Positions 37,995-48,103 of a stretch of 64,000 nucleotides of DNA are shown one piece after another. Under the pieces are notes generated by a model. That model was not told the DNA's origin. It searched no databases and worked only from the letters and a program-made list of their open reading frames with translations. The first letter of the stretch is position 1. Each line of letters opens with the position of its first letter. Both the position numbers and the translations under genes were made by a program. Source of the stretch: Patescibacteria group bacterium (GTDB taxonomy: Bacteria; Patescibacteriota; Doudnabacteria; UBA920); NCBI GenBank assembly GCA_036726225.1, contig DAIMCS010000001.1:69776-133775 (forward strand), in the 5' to 3' direction.

Positions 37995-38786
37995 TTAAAT
38001 ACCCAAAAGTGCCAAATACCAGGCTATTAACCTGTCTCCATAAAAAAAGGCAATCAGCGCACCAACAGTTAAGAAAGTCCCAAATGGTACGCGGCTTTTT
38101 AAAGTTTTAGAGGCCAGTGCCAGCAAAAATGCGGACACCACTCCCCCCAATAAAATAGCAAGCATAAAACCGGCTAAGACTTTAGGCCACCCTAAGACCA
38201 GACCTAAAAATATGGCAAATTTGACGTCACCAAAACCCAAAGCCCTGCCCCGGGATATATACCATGTAAAAAAGAAAAGCAAAGTTAAAACCAAAGCGGC
38301 AAACAGGCCGGAAATAAAGCGGCTCTCAAAGCCTAAGGCAGGCTTAGTCAATAAATCTAAAACCAAATTTAGCAGGCCTGCCCCAATACAGCCGACCAGG
38401 ACGACTTTGTCTAAAATTAAAAAGTGTTCTAAATCTATTACAAAAACTGCAAGCAAAACACTAATTACAAGCCAGGCATTTATAAGCTGTAAAAATAACA
38501 CTAAAGAGTCGGGCTTAAAAAAACTCCAGGCAAACACAAACAGCAGCCCGGTCAGCAGTTCTATAAAAGCGTACCGCCACGATATTTTCGCTTTGCAGTA
38601 ACGGCACCGGCCTTTTAAAAAAAGAAAACTAAACACCGGCACTAAGTCTAAGGCCGCTAAATTATGTCTGCAAGAAAAACAGTGTGACCGGCCCGTTAGG
38701 GGCTGCTCCATAGGCAGTCTTAAAATTACCACGTTTAAAAAGCTGCCAATTAAAGTACCAAAAATAAAAACTAAAATTGCTTCCAT
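37995..38786 (-). CDS. pilD: Prepilin peptidase (A24 family)
   Basis: N-terminal CxxC...CxxC zinc domain (CFSCRH...CRYCKAK). Polytopic with FGDVKF. Confidence 0.75.
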   Translation of the reverse strand: MEAILVFIFGTLIGSFLNVVILRLPMEQPLTGRSHCFSCRHNLAALDLVPVFSFLFLKGRCRYCKAKISWRYAFIELLTGLLFVFAWSFFKPDSLVLFLQLINAWLVISVLLAVFVIDLEHFLILDKVVLVGCIGAGLLNLVLDLLTKPALGFESRFISGLFAALVLTLLFFFTWYISRGRALGFGDVKFAIFLGLVLGWPKVLAGFMLAILLGGVVSAFLLALASKTLKSRVPFGTFLTVGALIAFFYGDRLIAWYLALLGI

Positions 38787-38788
38787 AA

Positions 38789-40786
38789 TTATTCAACCCT
38801 GCCTAAAGAAAGGCCGACACCAAAAGGCACTTGGCTTATATCCGGCAGGCTCTTGGCTAATTTTATAAGGTTAATAAGGGCAATTTTGTCCCCGTCGTAT
38901 TTTGCCGCCTCCCATAAGGTTTTAATTAGCATTTCGCGGTTGCCTTCAATCTGGTAGAGTTTTGCCAAAAACACTATTGCCTCGACATTTTGAGGATCCA
39001 TTTCCAGCCCTTTTGTCACAGCCGCCTTGGCATTCGGCAAATCTGCAAACGCGAAATAGAATTGTGAAAGTATAAAATAATTACTCCCCGAATGCGGGTC
39101 CAGGCTCATTGCGGTTTTTACATATTCTAAAATCACCTCTTTATATTTTGGGTCCAAAGTTTCATAAAACCTGAGATAATAAATATTTGCCAATGTTATG
39201 TAACTATAGCCTCTGGCTTTATGGAAGCGGGCAACGGCGCGGATATTTTTATTTATTTCCTCCTCCGGCAGCTTTGCACGGATGGAACTAGCTGCTATGT
39301 ATTGATAGTACAAATTATTAACCGGGTTTAAATAAACCGCCGCTTTTGCCAGCTTATTAGAACTAAAATAATCACGCCTGTTGTAAGCTTTTATTGAGGC
39401 AAAAAATAAATGCTCAGCCAGTAAAAAACTAACTGAGTAAACAAGCAATAAGGCAAAAACCGAAGCGCCTGCTATTTTATACACAGCAAGTTTGGGCACT
39501 TGATACGTGAAAGATTTTTCAACAAAACCGCTAAGCAAAAAAACTAAAGCTACATAGCAAGGGACGGCAACGGGCGTAAAAAAAGCCGCTACCATCCAAG
39601 CGCAAACACAGCCCAGCAAAGCAATATTTTGCCACGACCGGTCATTTTTTTCAGCAAAAACCTGTTTTAACGAGCCTAATAGCGGAAAAAAAACTAAAAA
39701 CAAGAATAAAAACAAGAACGGGATTCCCCCGCTAACCGCTAAATACAAAAACAAATTGTGGGGGTCATCAAAAAAACCGCTTTTAATTGAACTTAAATCC
39801 CTATTTTGCTCGAAAACTAATTCAAAGTTACCTAAACCATGCCCAAAGACTGGTTTTCTAAAAATGCTAATCCAGGTCATATCCCAGACCCCGAACCGGG
39901 TTTGGATGTTAGTTTCGTTTAAATTAATTTTGGCCGCAACAGAACCCGGCCTGGAAAAATTTAAAAATGCAAAAATAAGAATGAAAGCAACCCCTAAAAA
40001 AAGTGCGCACCAAAGGGCAAACCGGTTAAAAGCTTTCTTAATGACAAGAGTAAAAAACAGGCACGCCGACAAACCGGCAATTGCAGCCAGCACGCTGCCT
40101 CGGCTGGCAAATGCAACAACTGACCAAATTTGTAAAAAAACACTTAAGGCGTAAAAGACCTTTGACCAAAAATTGCCGGCTGTAAGCAAAAAATAAACGC
40201 CTAAAGGAACAAAAGTCGCCACAAACATACTGGAAAAATTCGGGTTGCCCAAAAAACTGGGTGAAGCCCTGGAAAAAAAATCAAAAGTTTGGCCCTGGTA
40301 ATAGCCTATGCCTAAACTTTGAAGCATACCCCACAGCGCGGTTAGGACTGCGCAAAAAAACAGCAATTTAATTAAGAGCCATAATTGGATTTTATCTAAA
40401 GCCGAGACGAGTAAAAATAAAATTGCCCATAGACTATAAAATAAAAAACCATTGGTAAAACGCGGGTAAAAGCCAAAAAAACTGAAATTTTTATCCTGGG
40501 CCAAAAGTGAGGAAACGAGCGCCCAGGCTAAAAATAGGCACAAACCTAAAAAAAATGTCTTGCTCATCCGCAAGACTAATGGTGAAGACTTCTGTATAAA
40601 ATATCTTTTTACAAACACCAAGCCCGCAACTGCGACTAAAAACATAAGCAGGCCGAACTTAATAATTTCGAAGCTTTCAAAATTATATACGTCAAAGGCG
40701 AGCGGAATTAAAAAAACAATTAACAGCAGGGAACCAAAAAAATAATCGTTACGATAGGGTAAGTGGAGTTTGGGGGGAAATAGCAT
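38789..40786 (-). CDS. Large membrane protein with a Wzy_C/O-antigen-ligase-like domain and C-terminal TPR repeats; candidate pilin O-glycosyltransferase (PglL/PilO-like)
   Basis: Multi-TM N-terminal region with a long loop. C-terminal TPR-like helical repeats. Position inside the pilus locus. Confidence 0.4.
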   Translation of the reverse strand: MLFPPKLHLPYRNDYFFGSLLLIVFLIPLAFDVYNFESFEIIKFGLLMFLVAVAGLVFVKRYFIQKSSPLVLRMSKTFFLGLCLFLAWALVSSLLAQDKNFSFFGFYPRFTNGFLFYSLWAILFLLVSALDKIQLWLLIKLLFFCAVLTALWGMLQSLGIGYYQGQTFDFFSRASPSFLGNPNFSSMFVATFVPLGVYFLLTAGNFWSKVFYALSVFLQIWSVVAFASRGSVLAAIAGLSACLFFTLVIKKAFNRFALWCALFLGVAFILIFAFLNFSRPGSVAAKINLNETNIQTRFGVWDMTWISIFRKPVFGHGLGNFELVFEQNRDLSSIKSGFFDDPHNLFLYLAVSGGIPFLFLFLFLVFFPLLGSLKQVFAEKNDRSWQNIALLGCVCAWMVAAFFTPVAVPCYVALVFLLSGFVEKSFTYQVPKLAVYKIAGASVFALLLVYSVSFLLAEHLFFASIKAYNRRDYFSSNKLAKAAVYLNPVNNLYYQYIAASSIRAKLPEEEINKNIRAVARFHKARGYSYITLANIYYLRFYETLDPKYKEVILEYVKTAMSLDPHSGSNYFILSQFYFAFADLPNAKAAVTKGLEMDPQNVEAIVFLAKLYQIEGNREMLIKTLWEAAKYDGDKIALINLIKLAKSLPDISQVPFGVGLSLGRVE

Positions 40787-40805
40787 GATTAAATTATAGC
40801 CCTTT

Positions 40806-41198
40806 TCACTTATGCTCGCTAATTTTATTCCAACCTTTCTTAAAATTTCCTAAATTCGTTGCCAGACAAAAATCCAGTTCGTAATTTTTTGCAGATACTC
40901 TTTTATAATCAAAATTTGCCAGACAGTTCGAGTTTTTTGAAACATTGTCCGGCAGCTTGGAAAAATAAGTCAGCAAAACATTGGTGTCGGAAAATTCTTC
41001 TACGGAAGGGAAGCGGTCCTGGTCCTTAAAAAAAATATCCAGGCCCTTTTGGAGCTCTATAACTGTGACATTCACATTTTTGGCTTTAGCCACTAAAACT
41101 CCCTTTTGCAATCCCAAGAAAAGGCTAATTAAGAAAAGAACAGTCACCGTAATGACTGCCAAATAAGTTGCATTAAATTTTGGAAGAGACAATGGCAT
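40806..41198 (-). CDS. Small membrane-anchored hypothetical protein in the pilus locus
   Basis: N-terminal TM helix YLAVITVTVLFLISLFLG. Confidence 0.35.
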   Translation of the reverse strand: MPLSLPKFNATYLAVITVTVLFLISLFLGLQKGVLVAKAKNVNVTVIELQKGLDIFFKDQDRFPSVEEFSDTNVLLTYFSKLPDNVSKNSNCLANFDYKRVSAKNYELDFCLATNLGNFKKGWNKISEHK

Positions 41199-41257
41199 AG
41201 GTTACAAAATAGGCGGAAATTGGGCGCCCCATTTTAGGAGCGCCCAATTGAAGTGTA

Positions 41258-41719
41258 CTATTGAATTCCGGCCTGTGTCAAAGTGTGGGTTCCTTGTGAG
41301 TAACCACCGGTAACCGCACCCAGACAGAAAGTTACTGCATAAGTGGCAACTAAGTTACCGCTTCTGTTATCCAACCAGTAATAGTTGTTAGCGCCTTGTG
41401 TTGCTGTGCTGGCGCATGTACCATCAGCTGGGGTTGGAGCATTTGGAATTAAACCAATGTAGTTTGGAACAATGTTTGGGGATCCGATACCTGCTGTTGG
41501 CAAAGCAGCTGCTGCTGCTGTTGGATAACCGTTAATGTCGTTGAAGTAAAGCTCCAATGCTGAAGCTAACTGTCTAACGTCAGCGAGTCTTTTGGCGTCC
41601 CTGGACTTGGCTCGAGCCGAGTTTAGGGCAAGTAAAACCACAGAAGCTAAAAGACCGATTATGGCAATAACCACCAACAATTCAATTAATGTAAAACCTT
41701 TTTCGTTTTTATTTCTCAA
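41258..41719 (-). CDS. pilA: Type IVa major pilin. TTG start preceded by a GGAGGTG SD.
   Basis: KGFTLIELLVVIAIIGLLASVVLLALNSARAKSRDAKRLADVRQL. C-terminal Cys pair. Confidence 0.8.
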   Translation of the reverse strand: MRNKNEKGFTLIELLVVIAIIGLLASVVLLALNSARAKSRDAKRLADVRQLASALELYFNDINGYPTAAAAALPTAGIGSPNIVPNYIGLIPNAPTPADGTCASTATQGANNYYWLDNRSGNLVATYAVTFCLGAVTGGYSQGTHTLTQAGIQ

Positions 41720-41775
41720 TGTTTTTCACCTCCAATCAAGTGAGGAATTGAAATAAATTCAATTTAATTAGTATT

Positions 41776-41804
41776 ATTATAACATTTTGTAAACTAGCTA
41801 ACAA
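41776..41804 (-). promoter_or_regulatory. Consensus promoter TTGTTA-N17-TATAAT for pilA
   Basis: Reverse complement of 41776-41804, about 75 nt upstream of the start. Confidence 0.55.
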
Positions 41805-41880
41805 GGGTACTTATACACATATGTAAGAAAAAACAACAATTTGCGATTAAGAAATAGCGTATGAGCGTTAATGAAGTCGC

Positions 41881-43086
41881 CTATCCTGCCGTACTGGCCA
41901 TGTTGTAAATGGGCAGCAAAATACCGGCCACTAAACCGCCTACAGCCACACCTAAAATTATCATAATAATCGGTTCCAACAAGGTGGTTAATGTTGCGAC
42001 CTTGGTGTCAACTTCTGCTTCATAAAACTTGCCCAACTTTGCCATAATTGCATCTATCTGGGCGGTTTGTTCGCCGACCTTAACCATTTGCGTAACAATG
42101 GAGGGAAACTCAGGGTGACCGGAAAGGCTTTCGCTAATACTTTTGCCGCCTTTTATTTGGACAACTGCATCTAAAATAATATCTCTGTAAACTACATTGT
42201 TAATAATTTCAGCTACAATTTGCAAAGCTTTAATTATTGGGATTCCGCCCATAGCCAGCGTGGCTAAATTGGAAGAAAAACGGGCGAGATAAATTTTTTG
42301 GAAAATATCGCCAATAATAGGGGCGTGGATTTTTAAAGTATCCCAATTATGCCTGCCTGCCGGAGTAGTGATAAAAAATCTCAAGCCTAAAATACCTGCG
42401 GCCATAAGCAATAAAACGACCCACCAAAACTTGTTAAAAAATTTAGTAAAAGCAATAAGCGCCAAAGAGATGGCCGGCAAACTGCCGCCTTGCTCTTCTA
42501 AAACAGAAGTTAGGTTGGGCAAAACGAATTTAAACATAAGCAAACCAATAACCACCAATGCTCCGAGCACGAACACCGGGTAAGTCATGGCGCTTTTCAC
42601 TTTACTTTGCAGCTGATAATTTTTTTCCAGTTGGTCCGCCAAATAGCCCAAAGATTTGTCGAGTGAGCCTGAAACTTCGCCCGACATAACCATGCTCACA
42701 TATACGTTGCCGAACACTTCCTCGTGTTTGGTTAAAGCATTGGACAGGCTGTCGCCGTTTTCCACAGAAGCAATTAAATCACCAATTATTTGGAGCAGGT
42801 ATTTGCTGCCAATTTGTTCGCGCAAAATCCTTAAAGCCTGGATAATTGGCACTCCTGCGGAAATAAGCGTTGCCAGCTGCCTGGAAAATAGAACTAAATC
42901 TTTGCTTTTAACAGACTTGCCGAATGGGTTAAATTTTTCGAATATGCTGGCTTCCTGGACATTTAAAGCGACAATGGCTAAATTATTTTGCGCAAGCAAA
43001 GCCTCGGCTTTATTTTGGTCAGCCGCCAAAACCACACCACTTTGGATGTTGCCGTCTTTGTCCCTGGCTTTGTATGCGAATTTCAT
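41881..43086 (-). CDS. pilC: Type IV pilus inner-membrane platform protein (GspF family)
   Basis: 401 aa with two T2SSF repeats. Confidence 0.8.
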   Translation of the reverse strand: MKFAYKARDKDGNIQSGVVLAADQNKAEALLAQNNLAIVALNVQEASIFEKFNPFGKSVKSKDLVLFSRQLATLISAGVPIIQALRILREQIGSKYLLQIIGDLIASVENGDSLSNALTKHEEVFGNVYVSMVMSGEVSGSLDKSLGYLADQLEKNYQLQSKVKSAMTYPVFVLGALVVIGLLMFKFVLPNLTSVLEEQGGSLPAISLALIAFTKFFNKFWWVVLLLMAAGILGLRFFITTPAGRHNWDTLKIHAPIIGDIFQKIYLARFSSNLATLAMGGIPIIKALQIVAEIINNVVYRDIILDAVVQIKGGKSISESLSGHPEFPSIVTQMVKVGEQTAQIDAIMAKLGKFYEAEVDTKVATLTTLLEPIIMIILGVAVGGLVAGILLPIYNMASTAG

Positions 43087-43173
43087 ATGGAAAGTTAGTA
43101 AGTAAATAAGCCTATAAGTACTTAAGGGAGTCCTTACTTATTACCTTACTCACTTATGTACTTATTCACTTGC

Positions 43174-44244
43174 TTAAGATATTAATGAGAGGAAATATTC
43201 GTTATCCAAAACATAATTTTTCGCCGTATCAAATTCCACTAAACCCTGTTTTACTAAAAGCGCGAGCGTTTTGTCTAAAGGCACCATACCTTCTTCCAGG
43301 CTGGTATGAATAATGTTTGGGATTTCATAAGTTTTATTGTCGCGGATAACGTTCCTTATGGCGTGGTTTACAGTCATTATTTCGTAAGCCGGTACCTGGC
43401 CGCCCCCAATCTTGCGCAGCAACCTTAAAGATACAGCGCCAATAAGCACGCTGGCAAGCTGTCCCCTTATTTGCTGCTGCTGCCCCGGTGGAAAAACGTC
43501 TACAATTCTATCAATGCTCTGGGAGGCGTCGTTAGTGTGCAGGGTGGCAAATACCAGGTGTCCGGTTTCAGCCACGGTTAAAGCGGTGGCAATGGATTCC
43601 AAGTCACGAATTTCACCTACCTGCACAACATTAATATCTTCCCGAAGCGCAGCTCTTAAGGCTGCGGCAAATGAAGGCGTATCCTGATACAGTTCTCTTT
43701 GCGAAATAATAGATTTGTTAGGAGTAAAAACATATTCAACCGGGTCTTCAATAGTTAAAATATGTTCTGCCCGGGTGTTGTTTATTTCATTAATTAAAGC
43801 GGCTAAAGCCGTAGATTTTCCGTGACCCGTAGGTCCGACCATTAAAAACAAACCCTGCTTTCTTTCTATAAATCTTCTTATACTGCTGGGCAGGTTTAAT
43901 TCTTCCAAAGACTTAACATAGTTAGGAATGAGCCTTAGGGCCGCGCTTAGCACACCCTTTTGTTTGTAGGCATTCACCCTAAAACGCACATTGTCCTTAA
44001 AGGCGTAAGAAAAGTCCAATTGCAGTTCTTCTTCAAACTTCTTTTTCTGCTCCGGCCCAAGTAAGACATTCAACAAATCGGCAATGTTGTCGTTGGAAAG
44101 CACCTGGTAGTTATCTAACCTTATTAATTCGGTGTCCACACGAATAACCGGCGGCTCCCCCACCATTAAGTGCAAATCGGAAGCATTTCGTTCCAGCACT
44201 ACCGAAAGTAATTTATTTAGTTCGAGTTCGCTAGCTTTGTACAT
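43174..44244 (-). CDS. pilT: Twitching-motility retraction ATPase
   Basis: 356 aa. Walker A GPTGHGKST. AIRNVIRDNK and PilT-type motifs. Confidence 0.8.
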   Translation of the reverse strand: MYKASELELNKLLSVVLERNASDLHLMVGEPPVIRVDTELIRLDNYQVLSNDNIADLLNVLLGPEQKKKFEEELQLDFSYAFKDNVRFRVNAYKQKGVLSAALRLIPNYVKSLEELNLPSSIRRFIERKQGLFLMVGPTGHGKSTALAALINEINNTRAEHILTIEDPVEYVFTPNKSIISQRELYQDTPSFAAALRAALREDINVVQVGEIRDLESIATALTVAETGHLVFATLHTNDASQSIDRIVDVFPPGQQQQIRGQLASVLIGAVSLRLLRKIGGGQVPAYEIMTVNHAIRNVIRDNKTYEIPNIIHTSLEEGMVPLDKTLALLVKQGLVEFDTAKNYVLDNEYFLSLIS

Positions 44245-44316
44245 AAAAGTTAATAGGTTAATAAGTAGATGAGTTAATAAGCTGGTTAACTAATTAACTT
44301 ACACACTTATTTACTG

Positions 44317-44721
44317 TTAATTAATAATACTTTTTACAATAACCGCTAAATCTGAAGGCCTGGAAAACCTTCTATTAATGTGGCCTAAAACTCCTAATTG
44401 CATTAGTTCTTTAACCCGCTCACCGCCGGCAAAACTTGTACTGACTAAAAGCAGCTGCGGGAAATCCGGTTTCAAATTCAGCAAAAATTTTATTGCCAAA
44501 TCGCCGTCAATGTTAAAAACCAAAACGTGGGGTTTAAATACGTCTACCGCCGGCCTTACTGCGTCCAGAGAACGGGTATGGGAAACTAAAAAGTGCTCCT
44601 TTAAATAAAGCTCGTAAACCCCGGCCAAATATTCTTCCGGTTCAAAAATTAAAACTTTTTTTGAAGCCGCCGGGTTAATTAAGTCGGTAATATTAAACTT
44701 TTGTCTGAAAAGATAAGCCAT
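44317..44721 (-). CDS. Receiver-like (pseudo-receiver) domain protein in the pilus locus
   Basis: REC fold pattern (VLIFEPEE / HVLVFNIDGD / LLVSTS) with a degenerate acidic pocket. Confidence 0.35.
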   Translation of the reverse strand: MAYLFRQKFNITDLINPAASKKVLIFEPEEYLAGVYELYLKEHFLVSHTRSLDAVRPAVDVFKPHVLVFNIDGDLAIKFLLNLKPDFPQLLLVSTSFAGGERVKELMQLGVLGHINRRFSRPSDLAVIVKSIIN

Positions 44722-44778
44722 AAATTAGTTACAAGTGACAAGTTGCAAGTCTTTTCACTTTCAACTTGTCACTTGTCA

Positions 44779-46536
44779 CTATTCTGTTGTCACTCTAATT
44801 ACTTCGTCCATAGTGGTCTCACCGCGCAAAACTTTTATTACCCCGTCCTGCTTCATTGTAATCATACCCATTTTCAAAGTCTCTTCGTAAATTTTGTGCG
44901 CTGAAGCTTTGCCCATAACTAAATCTTGAATTTCCGGCACAATGGGCAAAACTTCAAAAATTCCGTACCTGCCCACATAACCGGTGCGACCGCATTTTTC
45001 GCAGCCCTGGCCTTTGAAAGTTTTTAAGTCGTTTTTGTCGAAACCCTGGAAGTAATCTTCAGGAATGGTGGACAGATTTTTTTTAATTTCCTCCTCCAGA
45101 CCTTTGGACAAAGGCACTTCTATTTTGCAATCCTGGCAAATTTTTCTAACCAGCCTCTGCGCCATAACCACATTGACAGATGCAACCAGCAAAAACGGCT
45201 CAATGCCCATGTCCACCATACGCGGCATAGCGCCAATGGAGTTGTTGGTGTGGAGCGTGGAAAAAAGTAAGTGCCCGGTAAGGGCCGCATGCACGGCAAT
45301 TTCACAAGTTTCCTTGTCCCGGATTTCACCGACCATCACAATGTTAGGGTCCTGGCGCAAAATGCTCCTTAGGCCCGATGCAAAAGTAAGGCCAATATCC
45401 TGGTTAATTTGGCTTTGGTTCGCGCCTTCTAAAAAATATTCCACCGGGTCTTCCAAAGTGACAATGTTAACCGACGGCGTATTTAAAATACTTAAAATAG
45501 AATATAAAGTTGTGGATTTTCCGCTGCCGGTTGGACCGGTAATTAAAAAAATTCCGTGGGTCTTCCTAATATTCTCCTGCACCCATTGCAGGGCCCTGCC
45601 GCGGATGCCTAACTGGTCTAAAGTCGGGGCTTTGGTGGTTTTGTCCAAAATACGCATGACGATTTTTTCGCCATAAATTAAGGGCAAAACGGAAACACGC
45701 AAATCCACCGATTTTCTGCCGACCTCCATATGAAAACGTCCGTCCTGCGGCAAACGGGATTCGTCAATTTTTAGGTTAGACAAAATTTTTATACGGGTGA
45801 CTATAGAAGGCTGGACACTTTTAGGGAGCATTAAAGAAGTATGCAAAATGCCGTCTATGCGGTAACGAACCCTTACATCTTTTTCCGAAGGCTCTACGTG
45901 AATATCAGAAGCATTGGCTTCAATTGCGTTGCTAAGTATGACCTCTACAATCTTAATTATAGGCGCTTCTTCAATAACCTGAGGTGCGGCTTCTTTTTTT
46001 ACTTCTTCCGGCTTTTTCAAACCTTGAGCTGTTGTCTGAATGTCCTTTAAAGCCTCGCCAACTACTGTTTTTAAATTCTGCTTTTTGCTGATGACTGCAT
46101 GAACCGAAGTTTCCGAAGCAAGGTAAAGTTGTACCTGCAAATTTTGCTTAACACCCAAAAATTCCAAAGCTTCGAGCGCAGACAGGTTAGTCGGGTCGGT
46201 AATTGCGACTTTCAAACCTTTGCCCTGCAGCTCAAAAGGGACAAAATTGTAAAAATTTATGGATTCAATCGGAATTAAATTTAAAACCTGGGCAGTAACC
46301 TGAATTTGTCGCAAATCTGCGTAAGGCAAGTTAAAAAAAGCGGCCTTAGCCTTAGTCAGTCCTTCTTCGTCCAAAATTTTCTGGCTTATAAGCAACTGGC
46401 TAAAGTCCTGCGGCTTTTGTTTTTGCAGCTCCTGCAGCTGGCTTAACGCTTCGGCTTTTAAAAATCCGTTATCAACCAAAAATTTTTCAAAACCAACTGT
46501 GGGCGAATTGCCATTTGTTTTTACTATGGAACCCAT
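44779..46536 (-). CDS. pilB: Type IV pilus assembly (extension) ATPase, GspE family
   Basis: 585 aa. Walker A GPTGSGKSTT. C-terminal tetracysteine CEKCGRTGY. Confidence 0.85.
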   Translation of the reverse strand: MGSIVKTNGNSPTVGFEKFLVDNGFLKAEALSQLQELQKQKPQDFSQLLISQKILDEEGLTKAKAAFFNLPYADLRQIQVTAQVLNLIPIESINFYNFVPFELQGKGLKVAITDPTNLSALEALEFLGVKQNLQVQLYLASETSVHAVISKKQNLKTVVGEALKDIQTTAQGLKKPEEVKKEAAPQVIEEAPIIKIVEVILSNAIEANASDIHVEPSEKDVRVRYRIDGILHTSLMLPKSVQPSIVTRIKILSNLKIDESRLPQDGRFHMEVGRKSVDLRVSVLPLIYGEKIVMRILDKTTKAPTLDQLGIRGRALQWVQENIRKTHGIFLITGPTGSGKSTTLYSILSILNTPSVNIVTLEDPVEYFLEGANQSQINQDIGLTFASGLRSILRQDPNIVMVGEIRDKETCEIAVHAALTGHLLFSTLHTNNSIGAMPRMVDMGIEPFLLVASVNVVMAQRLVRKICQDCKIEVPLSKGLEEEIKKNLSTIPEDYFQGFDKNDLKTFKGQGCEKCGRTGYVGRYGIFEVLPIVPEIQDLVMGKASAHKIYEETLKMGMITMKQDGVIKVLRGETTMDEVIRVTTE

Positions 46537-46542
46537 GGGGGT

Positions 46543-46875
46543 TTATTCTTCCTCGACTATTATTATTGGCGTAATTAAATTCTGTTCGTCAATTCCCACC
46601 TCAGTCGAAGGGTTAAGTGTGGGATATTTGGCTATGTTGTACTTAAAACGCACTTCATTTATAGCTGCCTTAAAATCTAACTTCTCCCCGTTAGGCAAAA
46701 TTTCCTGATCCACAGGTACCTCCCCTCCCACTGCGCCCACACCCCCCAGCCCGACCACGCCAAGCTGTGAAGGAACCGGACTAGCTTTGTCTTTAAACAT
46801 TCCGAAATACAAAACCAAGCCGGAAGCGGCGAAGGCAATAATAATAATAATTATTTTTATAAGATTTTTATTCAT
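46543..46875 (-). CDS. Small TM-anchored protein, possibly PilP-like
   Basis: N-terminal TM helix. Position after pilO. Confidence 0.3.
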   Translation of the reverse strand: MNKNLIKIIIIIIAFAASGLVLYFGMFKDKASPVPSQLGVVGLGGVGAVGGEVPVDQEILPNGEKLDFKAAINEVRFKYNIAKYPTLNPSTEVGIDEQNLITPIIIVEEE

Positions 46876-46884
46876 ACCCTTTTT

Positions 46885-47499
46885 CTACTGGCCAAAATAA
46901 TAGCTGTTGATAGTTAACCTTAAATTTAAATCCCCGTTTGTACCGGCGTCTATGCCCACATCAGTAATGTCAATTAACCTGCCGCTGGTTTCTACTTTTT
47001 CTAAAAAGCCTTTGAGCTGATTTAAGGTGCCAATTACAACAACTGAACCGCTTAATTTTTGCAGCTTTCTGTCTACTTTAAAAGGTTTATCCAGCGCAGC
47101 TAAGTCCCCGGCTACCGGCCCTGTGCTTGGGGAGGAAACATTAAGATTGCCCAGTGTAACTCCGGCTTGTTGGGCCAAAGCCTCAATTAAAAAATGAAAC
47201 CTGGTTATTCTACCGTTAAGCGGTAAGGATTGGTCAAGCAGCTCAATTTCCTTTTCGCTGGCATTTAAGGAATCGACCAGTTCTTGCAGCCTGGCCAGCT
47301 GGCCGGCAATTTCGCTTTCCTGTTTTTTTATAACTGCAAGCGCCTCTTGCTTAAGTGCTAAGTCGGATCTTTTAGGCAAAATAATAAACCAGGTAAAAAG
47401 CGCCGAAACCACAATTAACAAAACTATCTCAATCATTGGGTTACGCACACCTGGCATCTTAATGCTTGTGCCTATATTTTTAGAAAGGTTTATAGCCAT
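46885..47499 (-). CDS. pilO: PilO-like pilus assembly protein
   Basis: TM helix, coiled coil and C-terminal domain. Gene order M-N-O. Confidence 0.45.
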   Translation of the reverse strand: MAINLSKNIGTSIKMPGVRNPMIEIVLLIVVSALFTWFIILPKRSDLALKQEALAVIKKQESEIAGQLARLQELVDSLNASEKEIELLDQSLPLNGRITRFHFLIEALAQQAGVTLGNLNVSSPSTGPVAGDLAALDKPFKVDRKLQKLSGSVVVIGTLNQLKGFLEKVETSGRLIDITDVGIDAGTNGDLNLRLTINSYYFGQ

Positions 47500-47511
47500 A
47501 GGGCAGCTGGA

Positions 47512-48084
47512 TTATTTTTCCTCATACTGAATTATTTGGGGATTGTATTTCATATCAACTCTAAACTTAATTGAACTGCCGTCTTTAGTCTGGGCTTTAT
47601 TAAACCCGCCAATTCTAATGTCATTAAAATTTTTGTTAAATTGCGGCAGATCAAAAACCTGCATAAATTTGTCTAAATCAACCAAACTAGGCACTGTTGT
47701 TTCTAAAGAAATTCTGCCGTCGGCCCCGCCCGCGGTTAAACTGGCGTAACTGGCGGTTTTTAAAGTTACTTCTGCAATCTCGGGAAGCAATTGCGACCAA
47801 TAGACATGGCCGCCTACCAAGCCTGTCAAAGCTTTTAGCTGCGCTTGCCTGGTTAAAAGCTCGTCTCTTTCCTCCATCTCTAAAGCTTCTTTCTTTTTAT
47901 TTGCCATTGACTGCTGGAGGGTTTTTGCCTGCTCTTCGATACTTTTAGACTGAAAGTACAGCCAAACATAAAAGCCAACCAGGCAAATTAAAACCAAAAG
48001 CAGCACCCAGGCAAAAATTTTGGGGGCGCTATCGGAAAAACTGCCGCTGCTGGTATTTTGTTTTAATAAATTTATTTCGGGCAT
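47512..48084 (-). CDS. pilN: PilN-like pilus assembly protein
   Basis: TM helix and coiled coil. Gene order M-N-O. Confidence 0.45.
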   Translation of the reverse strand: MPEINLLKQNTSSGSFSDSAPKIFAWVLLLVLICLVGFYVWLYFQSKSIEEQAKTLQQSMANKKKEALEMEERDELLTRQAQLKALTGLVGGHVYWSQLLPEIAEVTLKTASYASLTAGGADGRISLETTVPSLVDLDKFMQVFDLPQFNKNFNDIRIGGFNKAQTKDGSSIKFRVDMKYNPQIIQYEEK

Positions 48085-48103
48085 TTTATTTTACAAAAGA
48101 ACT

